A DNA stretch of 64,000 bases from an uncultured virus (IMG/VR IMGVR_UViG_3300022925_000015) (taxonomy: Duplodnaviria > Heunggongvirae > Uroviricota > Caudoviricetes), in IMG/VR virus record IMGVR_UViG_3300022925_000015. The stretch is one strand, 5' to 3'. Of this stretch, positions 54,761-63,070 are shown in pieces. Below the pieces are notes generated by a model. That model was not told where the DNA came from and did no database searches. It was given only the letters and a program-made list of their open reading frames with translations. Positions within the stretch are counted from its first letter, which is position 1. The number at the start of each line of letters is the position of its first letter. The position numbers and the translations under genes were made by a program.

Positions 54761-54799
54761 TTTAATCTCCGATGTTAACGCAGTGGATTGCGCATATTA

Positions 54800-55840
54800 T
54801 TAATGTAGCACGTCTAGTAAACCTTTGCAACTAAAATATTCTCCATTTAGTTTGGCTACTTGTTTATTTAGGCTTGGAAGATAGTTTTTGTAATTTTCCA
54901 TATAATCAATAACTTTGGCTACTACTTTATCCTTGTGTAATTTGTAAGATTCGAAAGAATCAGTCCATTCACTTGGATATTTAAAGTCATCAATTGCCAT
55001 TTCACTATAACTTAATCTATCTGGAACCATAGGTAATGAACCTACTACTGCACCCTCATACCAACTTATACCTAGTGTTTCTTGTAAGTTAGCACTGAAT
55101 ACTAGTTTAGACTCTCCTAATAGATTATGATACTCATTCTTATTTAGGTTATGTTCTTGACAAACTACCCAATTGTACTGTGTAAGTGTGTCTGCTAAGT
55201 CACGAAATATGTTCAATTGTTTTTCCGGAGCAAGTCTGTGCGGAAACAAAACAGTATCCTTTTTGTCCATATGCTTATAAGGAGTAAGTGTGTTATCCAT
55301 ATATTCAAATGGCCAACCTGTCTTTACAACCTTGCTTTTATCTAAGTCTGGAAAGGACTTAAAGAACATATCGATGTGGAAGTCACTTGCATAAAAATTA
55401 TGATCATAACAATCATACATACTACGTTCTGCATTTCTAACCCACGGAGCATCGCCTATAAGTCTACCTAAAAAATCTTCAGGATCATAACTACCGGCGT
55501 GCCACATACCACCTATTTTTATTTTAACACCTAGTAACTCTGCCATATACTTTAATTGTATTACAGTAGGATTCCAAGCATCTGTGTATAGGAAGTAGTC
55601 TCCGTCTTTTACTTCGCCATTACAAAATGCTTCTGCAATCTGTGCTTGTTGATTGCTTTTGTAAACATTAGTGCCGCCGAAGTTGAGGAACGCCCCAGGT
55701 GTAGTTGCCTGTGGCGTATCCCCTCCGCTAATAACTTTAACATTGTGGCCAGCAGACTTTAGAACTTTAGGAAACTCAGTTTTCCATTGTTTTGTGTAAC
55801 GTGTTTCTACTGCTTCTAAGTCAACTAACCAAATGTTCAT
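54800..55840 (-). CDS. GT-B glycosyltransferase resembling GTDC1/queuosine mannosyltransferase-type enzymes
   Basis: 'VLFPHRLAPEKQ', EX7E motif 'QETLGISWYEG' and 'PMVPDRLSY.EM'. Confidence 0.75.
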   Translation of the reverse strand: MNIWLVDLEAVETRYTKQWKTEFPKVLKSAGHNVKVISGGDTPQATTPGAFLNFGGTNVYKSNQQAQIAEAFCNGEVKDGDYFLYTDAWNPTVIQLKYMAELLGVKIKIGGMWHAGSYDPEDFLGRLIGDAPWVRNAERSMYDCYDHNFYASDFHIDMFFKSFPDLDKSKVVKTGWPFEYMDNTLTPYKHMDKKDTVLFPHRLAPEKQLNIFRDLADTLTQYNWVVCQEHNLNKNEYHNLLGESKLVFSANLQETLGISWYEGAVVGSLPMVPDRLSYSEMAIDDFKYPSEWTDSFESYKLHKDKVVAKVIDYMENYKNYLPSLNKQVAKLNGEYFSCKGLLDVLH

Positions 55841-55842
55841 TG

Positions 55843-56043
55843 TTATTTCCTTTTGTTAAAATTTCTACCACGCTTCTTATAGTGGTTATTGTTCCGCTTG
55901 GTAAATGCACGCCACTCTCTACTAGAGTTGTTGTACAAATTTTTCTCATCGAATGGCAACCATTCAAAACGACAAAAATCACGGAACTTATCAAGGTCAT
56001 TGAACACCTTGACAATCTTGGGATTGTCTGCAAAATAAGACAC
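55843..56043 (-). CDS. Hypothetical small protein with basic C-terminus
   Basis: GTG start after AAGGAG; 'VFNDLDKFRDFCRF...FDE.NLY'. Confidence 0.55.
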   Translation of the reverse strand: MSYFADNPKIVKVFNDLDKFRDFCRFEWLPFDEKNLYNNSSREWRAFTKRNNNHYKKRGRNFNKRK

Positions 56044-56057
56044 TGTAATCTCCTTTT

Positions 56058-56498
56058 CTATCTTGCATACTCAATGTGGGCACCGTTTTCTCCATCTTCA
56101 CTTACGTCAATATGGACTTCACGGCCTGGATGTTTTGCAATAATCTGTTCGTATAGATCATCGCATATCATTTCACAACTTTTATAATCTAGTTCAAGGG
56201 TTTTCTCCTCATACAGTTTTTCTAACCAACGTTTAAATTGAATGAACTCAATATCTCTGTCGTTGTGTGTTACAGTGATACCGACCTTAAAGTGGAATAT
56301 GTGTCTATGGGGATATCCCAAAAACGAAACATCATATTCATCACCTGTTGCAAGTGCTGGATCTTCCAGTGCCGCAGGATATTTGTGGATACCTTCCTTT
56401 CGGAACGTTACCCAAATCATTCTTTTTGCTGTAGACATAATACGTCTATGATTGTCTTCTGCCATTGCTTCTTTCATCATTGTATCAGTTATACCCAT
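56058..56498 (-). CDS. T-fold QueD/PTPS-like protein with LxxxHRHxF motif (DpdL-like); true start may be the ATG at 56480 or 56465
   Basis: 'EGIH.YP', 'FLGYPHRHIFHF.V...H.DRDIEFI..K', 'SCEM' and 'VSEDGENGA'. Confidence 0.75.
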   Translation of the reverse strand: MGITDTMMKEAMAEDNHRRIMSTAKRMIWVTFRKEGIHKYPAALEDPALATGDEYDVSFLGYPHRHIFHFKVGITVTHNDRDIEFIQFKRWLEKLYEEKTLELDYKSCEMICDDLYEQIIAKHPGREVHIDVSEDGENGAHIEYAR

Positions 56499-56527
56499 AG
56501 TATACTACCTTTTGTTCTAGTTGTCAT
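56499..56527 (-). promoter_or_regulatory. Sigma70-type promoter candidate upstream of the T-fold gene
   Basis: ATGACA-17 nt-TATACT. Confidence 0.5.
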
Positions 56528-57047
56528 CCACTATTTTATCGTTTTTATATTCTTCCCAATTAGTGAATCTTTCTTCATCCATTAGTGTGTGCAATCTATG
56601 ACACCATACACCTGGATTTGTTGCTTGGAAATCTTTATCATCAATCTTAATCATTGTGTTGTAGTTCCATTGTTTTATATAAGGAATTGGAACACGTAGT
56701 TGCGGAATAAAATTTTCGTATTCAATTAATGGTCCATCTAAAAACATTTCTGCTGCATTAATTGGAATATCTAAACTACATAGATATCCTTCTTGTAAAA
56801 ATGGTTGAATCATCTTCTCCCATTCTTCATAATAATCTGCACTATGGTTTTCAGTAGCAGGATCAAAACTATGATTAGCACCAAAGAAAATATGCTTGTG
56901 AGTATCTAAATGTCCTCTAATAATTTGTACATCGTTAATGCCTGTGACAAATAATGTAAGTTTCAAATGTGCAGGAGTCTTTTCAACTTCAAAGCCTGAA
57001 AAGAATCTAACATTGTCTGCTTTGCCATTTTCGTAATCACGGTTCAT
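56517..57047 (-). CDS. Hypothetical protein within the dpdA cluster
   Basis: ATGA coupling; motifs 'G.EVEKTPA', 'HIFFGANHSF' and 'IKIDDKDF.ATNPGVWCH'. Confidence 0.65.
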   Translation of the reverse strand: MNRDYENGKADNVRFFSGFEVEKTPAHLKLTLFVTGINDVQIIRGHLDTHKHIFFGANHSFDPATENHSADYYEEWEKMIQPFLQEGYLCSLDIPINAAEMFLDGPLIEYENFIPQLRVPIPYIKQWNYNTMIKIDDKDFQATNPGVWCHRLHTLMDEERFTNWEEYKNDKIVDDN

Positions 57048-57223
57048 ACTGTATGTTCCTTTTCAATCCTTTCAATTTGATCTTTAAGTTTAAGACGTTT
57101 CTTTTTCATTTCACTTAATTCTTCGTCTTTAAAATTACCAGTCTTTTCCATTTTGTCTACTTGTGTATTTAGGAATTTGTGTGATTCTTTTAACCAAAGT
57201 AAACGTTTTGTATAGTCGGACAT
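57044..57223 (-). CDS. Small coiled-coil protein (DUF465/YdcH-like)
   Basis: ATG at 57223 after GGAGG; 'L.ESH..L..QV...LSEMKKKRLKLKDQI'. Confidence 0.6.
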   Translation of the reverse strand: MSDYTKRLLWLKESHKFLNTQVDKMEKTGNFKDEELSEMKKKRLKLKDQIERIEKEHTV

Positions 57224-57224
57224 A

Positions 57225-58772
57225 TTACGCCTCCTGTAATTGTTCCTCAAGTTTATCAAGTTCAGTATCTTCTCTATCATCAGTCCACGGAACTTCTTCT
57301 TCACCGTTCTCGTCAACTTCTACAAACAAACTATCAGAAATGTTAGTTACACCACCACGCAGTCTAGCACCTTCAAGATCTTTTAGGAAACTGTCTGCTT
57401 CTTTAATCATTGCAAACGCTGCCTCTTTAGTTGGCTGCCCGAATAGTTCTTTTACAAATCTATCAAAGTATAAGATGTTACGTGGAACCCATTCAGAGTA
57501 TTCATCACTCTTATCTGCTTCTTTTACTTTACGCCATTGTCTCCAATCAGGCTGTGCTTTTGCAATCTCAATATCCATAAGTGTATTTGCACGTTGTACT
57601 GCTTTAATATGACATTCTACATTGTGCGACATCATAAGTGCATACGCAAAACTATCCCAACTTGTTTTGCCTTCTTTACCGATCTTATTCAACATACCCG
57701 GAGCATAATGACAGATGTCAGCAATTGTCATACGTCTTCCAACTTCACTTTCAAATGGAAACTGTATATCGTGACGTTGAGCAAGTGCTTTATTGTCCGG
57801 AGCCTTGTCCATAATCACTGACCAACGTTTGCTTGAATGTTGTGCATTTGTATATACAAGTCCGTGTGCTGTTGCAATAAACGGAGATGCACAATCAAAA
57901 CTAATAGTAAAGTTAGGATTAATTTGCTCTCTAATAATTCTTTGAATACTTGTTAAGTAACACGACCAATCTAGTTGTGCTGTACCTAAGAAGTGCATCC
58001 AGTCTTTACCTTCAAGCATACCATCAAACTTCATTGTAATCAATCTACGTAGTGTAATTGGCATCTTGCACATATTAGCACCACCCATTGCCCAACCTTC
58101 AGCAGCCTTATCACCATATACCGCAGGATCGGAGAATTCTTTTACACCTTCGTACCACCTTTCAGCAGTATCCCAGTTTGAACCCTGCAATACATTTAAG
58201 AACTTAGTTTGACCTAAACGATTATCAAGGAAGTATTTGTTATTGTAACGAGTCTTATCAAGACAGTCTTCAAATGTTTTTAGTCCTGTTTTAGGAGAGT
58301 GAATATGATCACAAGCCCAAGTTGGAACATCAAGCATCATCGACCAGTCAGCAGTTAGTTCTAACCATTCTAAGATACGTTGCCTTACTTTAGTTGCTTC
58401 AGCACCTTCAAAATTTAACCAATCAAACTTAATAACACCTTTACCAATCTGATATCCGCCGGAGTCTCCAAGTATCATCGTCTTGTCTCGATTTCTATCT
58501 TGGATCATACTTTCTTGTACTAGACTTTTTTGCAAATCAAGTTGTGCGTGACCTGCACTATAAAGTCCATACTTGTATGTAAAGTACCCTGCTTCTTCAT
58601 TCAAAAAGTTCATACCTTCAATACCTCTATCGAATCCTTTAGGAATACGATCTTGCGGAACAAATTCTTCTAGTCTTTGTTTCGCAACATAGGTACTAAA
58701 GAAAGAACTAATCGCAGGAAGAAACACTGCGTAATCTTTCTGTAGTGGTGATAAGTTTGTTTGATCTTTCAT
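57225..58772 (-). CDS. dpdA: TGT-fold 7-deazaguanine DNA transglycosylase (DpdA-like)
   Basis: TGT catalytic motifs 'GDSGGYQ', 'MMLDVP', 'LNVLQG', 'GWAMGG', 'HFLG' and 'SFDCAS'; clustered with folE, queE and a T-fold gene in a phage. Confidence 0.8.
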   Translation of the reverse strand: MKDQTNLSPLQKDYAVFLPAISSFFSTYVAKQRLEEFVPQDRIPKGFDRGIEGMNFLNEEAGYFTYKYGLYSAGHAQLDLQKSLVQESMIQDRNRDKTMILGDSGGYQIGKGVIKFDWLNFEGAEATKVRQRILEWLELTADWSMMLDVPTWACDHIHSPKTGLKTFEDCLDKTRYNNKYFLDNRLGQTKFLNVLQGSNWDTAERWYEGVKEFSDPAVYGDKAAEGWAMGGANMCKMPITLRRLITMKFDGMLEGKDWMHFLGTAQLDWSCYLTSIQRIIREQINPNFTISFDCASPFIATAHGLVYTNAQHSSKRWSVIMDKAPDNKALAQRHDIQFPFESEVGRRMTIADICHYAPGMLNKIGKEGKTSWDSFAYALMMSHNVECHIKAVQRANTLMDIEIAKAQPDWRQWRKVKEADKSDEYSEWVPRNILYFDRFVKELFGQPTKEAAFAMIKEADSFLKDLEGARLRGGVTNISDSLFVEVDENGEEEVPWTDDREDTELDKLEEQLQEA

Positions 58773-59510
58773 TTAAGCCGCCTGTGCTGGAATAATATAT
58801 TTGTATTTTGCTAATCCGCTATCTAGTGTAATTTGCACTGCACCTTCATTGGAAATGCTCATCTTGGTATTGTTAACATCTGCAATCTTAAGGATTGCTA
58901 GAATACTTGCTACAGGCCAAGTCCAGCCTCTGTCAAGTGTACCAGTTACATCAGTTGCAAAAATAAATTCGCCACCGTGTGTACTTGCATCACCAAAGAT
59001 AAACTTTAAGTTACCATCTTCAGTTTTTGCTAAGAATGTTGGATGCTCTGGATTAGCCCCTGCTTGGAAATTAAAACGCTGTACGCCTGCAAGTGTAGGA
59101 ACAACTTCTACGTCCCAGTTTACACCACGAAACTTTACAGTTTTCATTTTCTCATTAATAATTTCTTGATTCATAAAACGATAGTCGTTTTTAAAATCAC
59201 CATCTGCATTTTCAAAGTGAATACCTACAGGAATATTTGCACCATTACGTTCTGCGTTTGTAATAGTAATCTTTGCGTCCTTTTGATATTCAGTACCGTC
59301 AATCAAGTATTTCAACTTGTTTAATTGTGGCATACCAAATGTGCCAATCATATCTGCATATGGGTTATGTGTATCTGCTTCCATAATAACTGATCTATCA
59401 TCAGCCATTGAAAACATCGATGTGCCTGCTTCTTCGCCAGTCACTTTCACAGTAGTTAGAAAACCTAAGTTCTGTGTATGACTAACAATATCTTGTAAGA
59501 TGTCTTTCAT
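58773..59510 (-). CDS. DNA polymerase sliding clamp (gp45/PCNA-like)
   Basis: 245-aa two-domain pattern ending '..ISNEGAVQITLDSGLAKYKYIIPA'; directly downstream of the polymerase. Confidence 0.7.
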   Translation of the reverse strand: MKDILQDIVSHTQNLGFLTTVKVTGEEAGTSMFSMADDRSVIMEADTHNPYADMIGTFGMPQLNKLKYLIDGTEYQKDAKITITNAERNGANIPVGIHFENADGDFKNDYRFMNQEIINEKMKTVKFRGVNWDVEVVPTLAGVQRFNFQAGANPEHPTFLAKTEDGNLKFIFGDASTHGGEFIFATDVTGTLDRGWTWPVASILAILKIADVNNTKMSISNEGAVQITLDSGLAKYKYIIPAQAA

Positions 59511-59532
59511 TGAATTCTCCTCTGTAACTTAC

Positions 59533-59561
59533 ATTATATTTAGGTTTGATTGAAAGTGCAA
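59533..59561 (-). promoter_or_regulatory. Sigma70-type promoter with overlapping TAAATA box, upstream of clamp-dpdA
   Basis: TTGCAC-17 nt-TATAAT; TAAATA at 59537-59542. Confidence 0.6.
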
Positions 59562-59569
59562 GAATTTTT

Positions 59570-62233
59570 TTACTCAAAATCAAACAAATTGTTAAAATTA
59601 TTATCGGAACGGGTTGAACTTATATCCCACTCCAATACACCAATCAAGTTCTTGAGTTTTTCATCAATCACTGTATTTTCCATTGTTGCGTCATCAAATG
59701 GCAAATCTTTGAACCATTCAGGCAAACGCAACTCATCCACAGGATATGCAATACTTGTATAGCCCATTGGATTGTCCTTTACCTTACAGACAATAACTTT
59801 TGCACCATCTGTAATATTCATAGAGTATTTGTCTCCGTTCATACGTTTAAGCGTCATCCAATTGATACTTGCTCTTACGTGTCCAGGCATATTCACTTTG
59901 CCTGCTTTCTTTTCCTTTGCTTCATACTCTGTGATCTTGTTTGCACGTTTTGGAGAACCTTTCTCCCAACCTGGACGTGACTTAAATTCTGTTCTAAATT
60001 CTGTAATGTAATCTAGTACTGCTTCTTTCTCTTTACCGGACAGTACCATTTCTAACACATTGCTTAAGAAATCTTGTATAACAACTGGAGTATCTGAACG
60101 TTTAAGATCAAGACCCATTGCTTTAATTTTACCTGGCTTGCCTTCTGTATCTGTTCTAAAGCCTTCAATGTCATAGTAAAGAACTGCATAACGTTTCTTT
60201 GTAATGAACAAGCCTTTACTTGCAACAATCTCTCTAGCAGCAGCAATAACTTCTGAACGCTTCTTAGGGCAGTGAAATGCATCACTCATAAACTTCGGAA
60301 ACGTAGAGTTAGTATTCTCACCAATTGTATCATACAACTCCATAACACTATCTTTTGTCCAAGGAATAGCACCTGCTTCAATATCTTTCTTTAGTGTACT
60401 ATATGCGCTGAAGTATGTAGAATCAGTATCACCATATACAATTGCTTTACCTGTATGATCATAAGTGCCAGTAATTATCTCATTGATCTTTGCAGCCATA
60501 TGCTGTGTAATGGATCTGCCTGTAAGTGTAACACTTTGACCAATCCTATTGTCGAAAAACCTACAACCAGGATTAAGAATAGCACCATACAAACTGTTAA
60601 GTAGAATCTTCTTAACCAACTGCCTTTTTGCCCAGTATTCTTCTTCAATTTTGTTCCCTGCATTTTGACTTTCTTTCTGCTTCGCCTGCATTTCTTTACG
60701 TTCTTTATACCAACGTGTTAGCAGTCCTGGAATGACTCCTTCTTTTTCATATGTAAAGATTGTGCCGTTAGCACTAAGCATCCAAGGCTGGTTGCTTTCA
60801 TAAATTAAGTCATAAACTTGTGCGGCACTAATTTTATCTTCTCCGCCACGTTCCCAGTCAATAGTAATTTCTCTACTAACTTCTTTATCCATTACACTTG
60901 AATATTCTACACTGCCAAACATACCTTCCCAAGCAGAAGCAAATGATTTGCCTTTTGCCATTTGTCCTTCAATATGTGCTTTAGTACCATCTTGTCGCAA
61001 CTGTCCAACAACTGTTTCAGGACCCATATTCAATGCTCTAATAACAGATGGATACAGTGAATTCAAGTCAACACTACCTATCCATTCGTGAATACCTTTC
61101 TTAGGATATGCAACATAAGCACCTGCCGCAGGCTCACTGCCTGGCTCACGTTTCACTCTGTTGGGAACAATCATTCCACGTCTGTGTGCTTCGTTGATAA
61201 TACCTTGTTCTGTAACAGCAACAGCACCCATTGTTGTTTGTATAAGCACTGTATTTTCGTGTGCAATAGTATTTGCAAGATCAATAAACTTTAGTTTTTT
61301 ATCTAGTTTGTCAAGTAGTGCAGTATCTTGTCTGTTGTATTCAATAAATGTTCTAAAGTCATTGTTATAAAGAGCATCAAGACTACCTTCATAAACAGTC
61401 TTTTTCTCGCCAATCTCTAGTTCACCAATAGCATCTAGTCTGTATGTATGTCGTTCTTCATAGTTATACTTTCTGTAAAGTTCTAAACTATCAACGTGTA
61501 CACGCCCAATTAGATCATATGTAGTTGATTCTTTACCAAACTTTTCATATGTTCTTTTCTTAGGTTTTTGATCCCACAAACATAAACGTCTAGTATCATC
61601 TGCACTTAAAACTTTGATAATACGGTTAACAGTGTAAGGCATATCATAACCTTCACTGTTCCAGCCACTTAGTACGTCAGCATCTTGTATAAGATCTAAA
61701 AACGCATCAAGCATATCTGCTTCATTGTCATACAGTATAGTATTAGGAATACCTTCAATTGCTTTATGTGCTTCTTCCATACTTAGAGTCTTTGGAGGAA
61801 TCGCTAAACAAATTAGTTCATCCATCCACTGCAAGTGTACAGCAATTGATGTAATAGGCATAAATGCATCTTCTGGAGATGCATATCCACGCTCAGGATC
61901 AAAGTCAACCTCGATATCCCAAAACGCTACATTTAGTTTAGGAGCATCAACATTTAAGTAGTTGTCTTCTAAACATCGATAAATTGGATTTATATCGCTT
62001 TCATATAATTTTTTGTTTGAATGAATTGCAAGTTCTTTACGCAGTTCTTTAATATTCTTTGCGTTTACTCGCGACAGTGGTTCCCCGTAAATACTTTGAT
62101 ACTTACCTCTTTGGTCTGGGAAATAAAATATGTGTCTTGGATTGTATTCGTGGAATACACGTTTTCCGTCTTTTCGCTCGACAACTCTGATTGTGTCTTC
62201 ACCGCGATCATAGAATGCATCTACGTAGCTCAT
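59570..62233 (-). CDS. Family B DNA polymerase (gp43-like)
   Basis: Exonuclease motifs 'DIEV', 'GWNS.GYD' and 'YNRQD'; polymerase motifs 'DLNSLYPS', 'K..LNSLYG', 'YGDTDS' and 'KKRY'. Confidence 0.96.
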   Translation of the reverse strand: MSYVDAFYDRGEDTIRVVERKDGKRVFHEYNPRHIFYFPDQRGKYQSIYGEPLSRVNAKNIKELRKELAIHSNKKLYESDINPIYRCLEDNYLNVDAPKLNVAFWDIEVDFDPERGYASPEDAFMPITSIAVHLQWMDELICLAIPPKTLSMEEAHKAIEGIPNTILYDNEADMLDAFLDLIQDADVLSGWNSEGYDMPYTVNRIIKVLSADDTRRLCLWDQKPKKRTYEKFGKESTTYDLIGRVHVDSLELYRKYNYEERHTYRLDAIGELEIGEKKTVYEGSLDALYNNDFRTFIEYNRQDTALLDKLDKKLKFIDLANTIAHENTVLIQTTMGAVAVTEQGIINEAHRRGMIVPNRVKREPGSEPAAGAYVAYPKKGIHEWIGSVDLNSLYPSVIRALNMGPETVVGQLRQDGTKAHIEGQMAKGKSFASAWEGMFGSVEYSSVMDKEVSREITIDWERGGEDKISAAQVYDLIYESNQPWMLSANGTIFTYEKEGVIPGLLTRWYKERKEMQAKQKESQNAGNKIEEEYWAKRQLVKKILLNSLYGAILNPGCRFFDNRIGQSVTLTGRSITQHMAAKINEIITGTYDHTGKAIVYGDTDSTYFSAYSTLKKDIEAGAIPWTKDSVMELYDTIGENTNSTFPKFMSDAFHCPKKRSEVIAAAREIVASKGLFITKKRYAVLYYDIEGFRTDTEGKPGKIKAMGLDLKRSDTPVVIQDFLSNVLEMVLSGKEKEAVLDYITEFRTEFKSRPGWEKGSPKRANKITEYEAKEKKAGKVNMPGHVRASINWMTLKRMNGDKYSMNITDGAKVIVCKVKDNPMGYTSIAYPVDELRLPEWFKDLPFDDATMENTVIDEKLKNLIGVLEWDISSTRSDNNFNNLFDFE

Positions 62234-62312
62234 TTGTTCTCCTTGTATGCAATTTCAGGCTTGCAAATACCAACGTGTCGCTTATTGGCCGACTTTACCA
62301 TCTTCATATTAC

Positions 62313-62573
62313 TTATCCTGTAAAAACACTTAGTAAATGTTTTGTGACTCCGTATGTATAAATTAAGGAAAGAACTCCGTTCAAAACAATTAAACTTTTT
62401 TCTTTCCACAACACACCTACCACTGTCCAAATAACAGAAGCAAAAAAGAAACCATACACTCCGTACATTTCATTTGGAAATGCACTTATAAGCACTGCCG
62501 CTGTAAGCAATACTGTAGTGCCTGACCACGCTAATGGTTGATATGGTTTACTCACTTGTACTGTCATTATCAT
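62313..62573 (-). CDS. Small membrane protein
   Basis: Three hydrophobic segments, e.g. 'WTVVGVLWKEKSLIVLN'. Confidence 0.55.
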   Translation of the reverse strand: MIMTVQVSKPYQPLAWSGTTVLLTAAVLISAFPNEMYGVYGFFFASVIWTVVGVLWKEKSLIVLNGVLSLIYTYGVTKHLLSVFTG

Positions 62574-62844
62574 CCTCTTCTATATTATCAGGTTTCAAAA
62601 TAGGCATACCGCCATTATCAAAATAACGTCCATCGTCCGTTACATAAATGTGCGTTGTAATGTTAGTTCCGTCAATTACACTCTTTTTATAGATACGCTT
62701 TCTTTTAATGTTACCTTTGTAACTTGTGTAATCAGCATTTACTAATCTAACATTGCCATTTAGATTACCATAAATTCTATCAGCAGGTTCGCCGCCTGGA
62801 CCAATATGATTAGACACAATAAGTTCTTTATTTGACATTTGCAA
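62548..62844 (-). CDS. Hypothetical protein
   Basis: Tiling ORF on the - strand. Confidence 0.5.
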   Translation of the reverse strand: MQMSNKELIVSNHIGPGGEPADRIYGNLNGNVRLVNADYTSYKGNIKRKRIYKKSVIDGTNITTHIYVTDDGRYFDNGGMPILKPDNIEEDDNDSTSE

Positions 62845-63022
62845 TCTTTCCTACATCCCAACCAAAAACTTTTGCAATCTCTAGACCGTCTTGGGTTGGG
62901 CCCTTGCCAGTCTGTTGCGGCTTTTTATTCTTCTTAGTTTTCTTCATTTGGTAACCTGATCCTCCTCCACCTTTGAAATGGATACGTGGGTCGAATGTTG
63001 TGTATTCTTTCCTTTTAGACAT
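62828..63022 (-). CDS. Hypothetical small basic protein
   Basis: Directly downstream of a consensus sigma70-type promoter. Confidence 0.45.
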   Translation of the reverse strand: MSKRKEYTTFDPRIHFKGGGGSGYQMKKTKKNKKPQQTGKGPTQDGLEIAKVFGWDVGKIANVK

Positions 63023-63032
63023 AATTGTTTAT

Positions 63033-63061
63033 ATAATAACACAACTATATCCTGTTGTCAA
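63033..63061 (-). promoter_or_regulatory. Sigma70-type early promoter
   Basis: TTGACA-17 nt-TATTAT. Confidence 0.7.
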
Positions 63062-63070
63062 GTGTTTATT

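Noticed and set aside
57225..58772. Canonical tRNA-guanine transglycosylase (Tgt)
   Set aside because: The sequence is highly divergent, lacks the CxCxxC zinc motif and sits in a phage replication context, which favours DpdA. tRNA activity is not formally excluded.
59570..62233. Intein or intron in the DNA polymerase
   Set aside because: Normal length with contiguous motifs; no splice-junction or homing-endonuclease signatures.
46125..62323. Short + strand ORFs opposite the - strand genes
   Set aside because: They are antisense shadows of well-supported genes.
62230..62430. 66-aa ORF spanning the polymerase leader
   Set aside because: It overlaps the membrane-protein gene out of frame, and the region is better explained as a structured leader.
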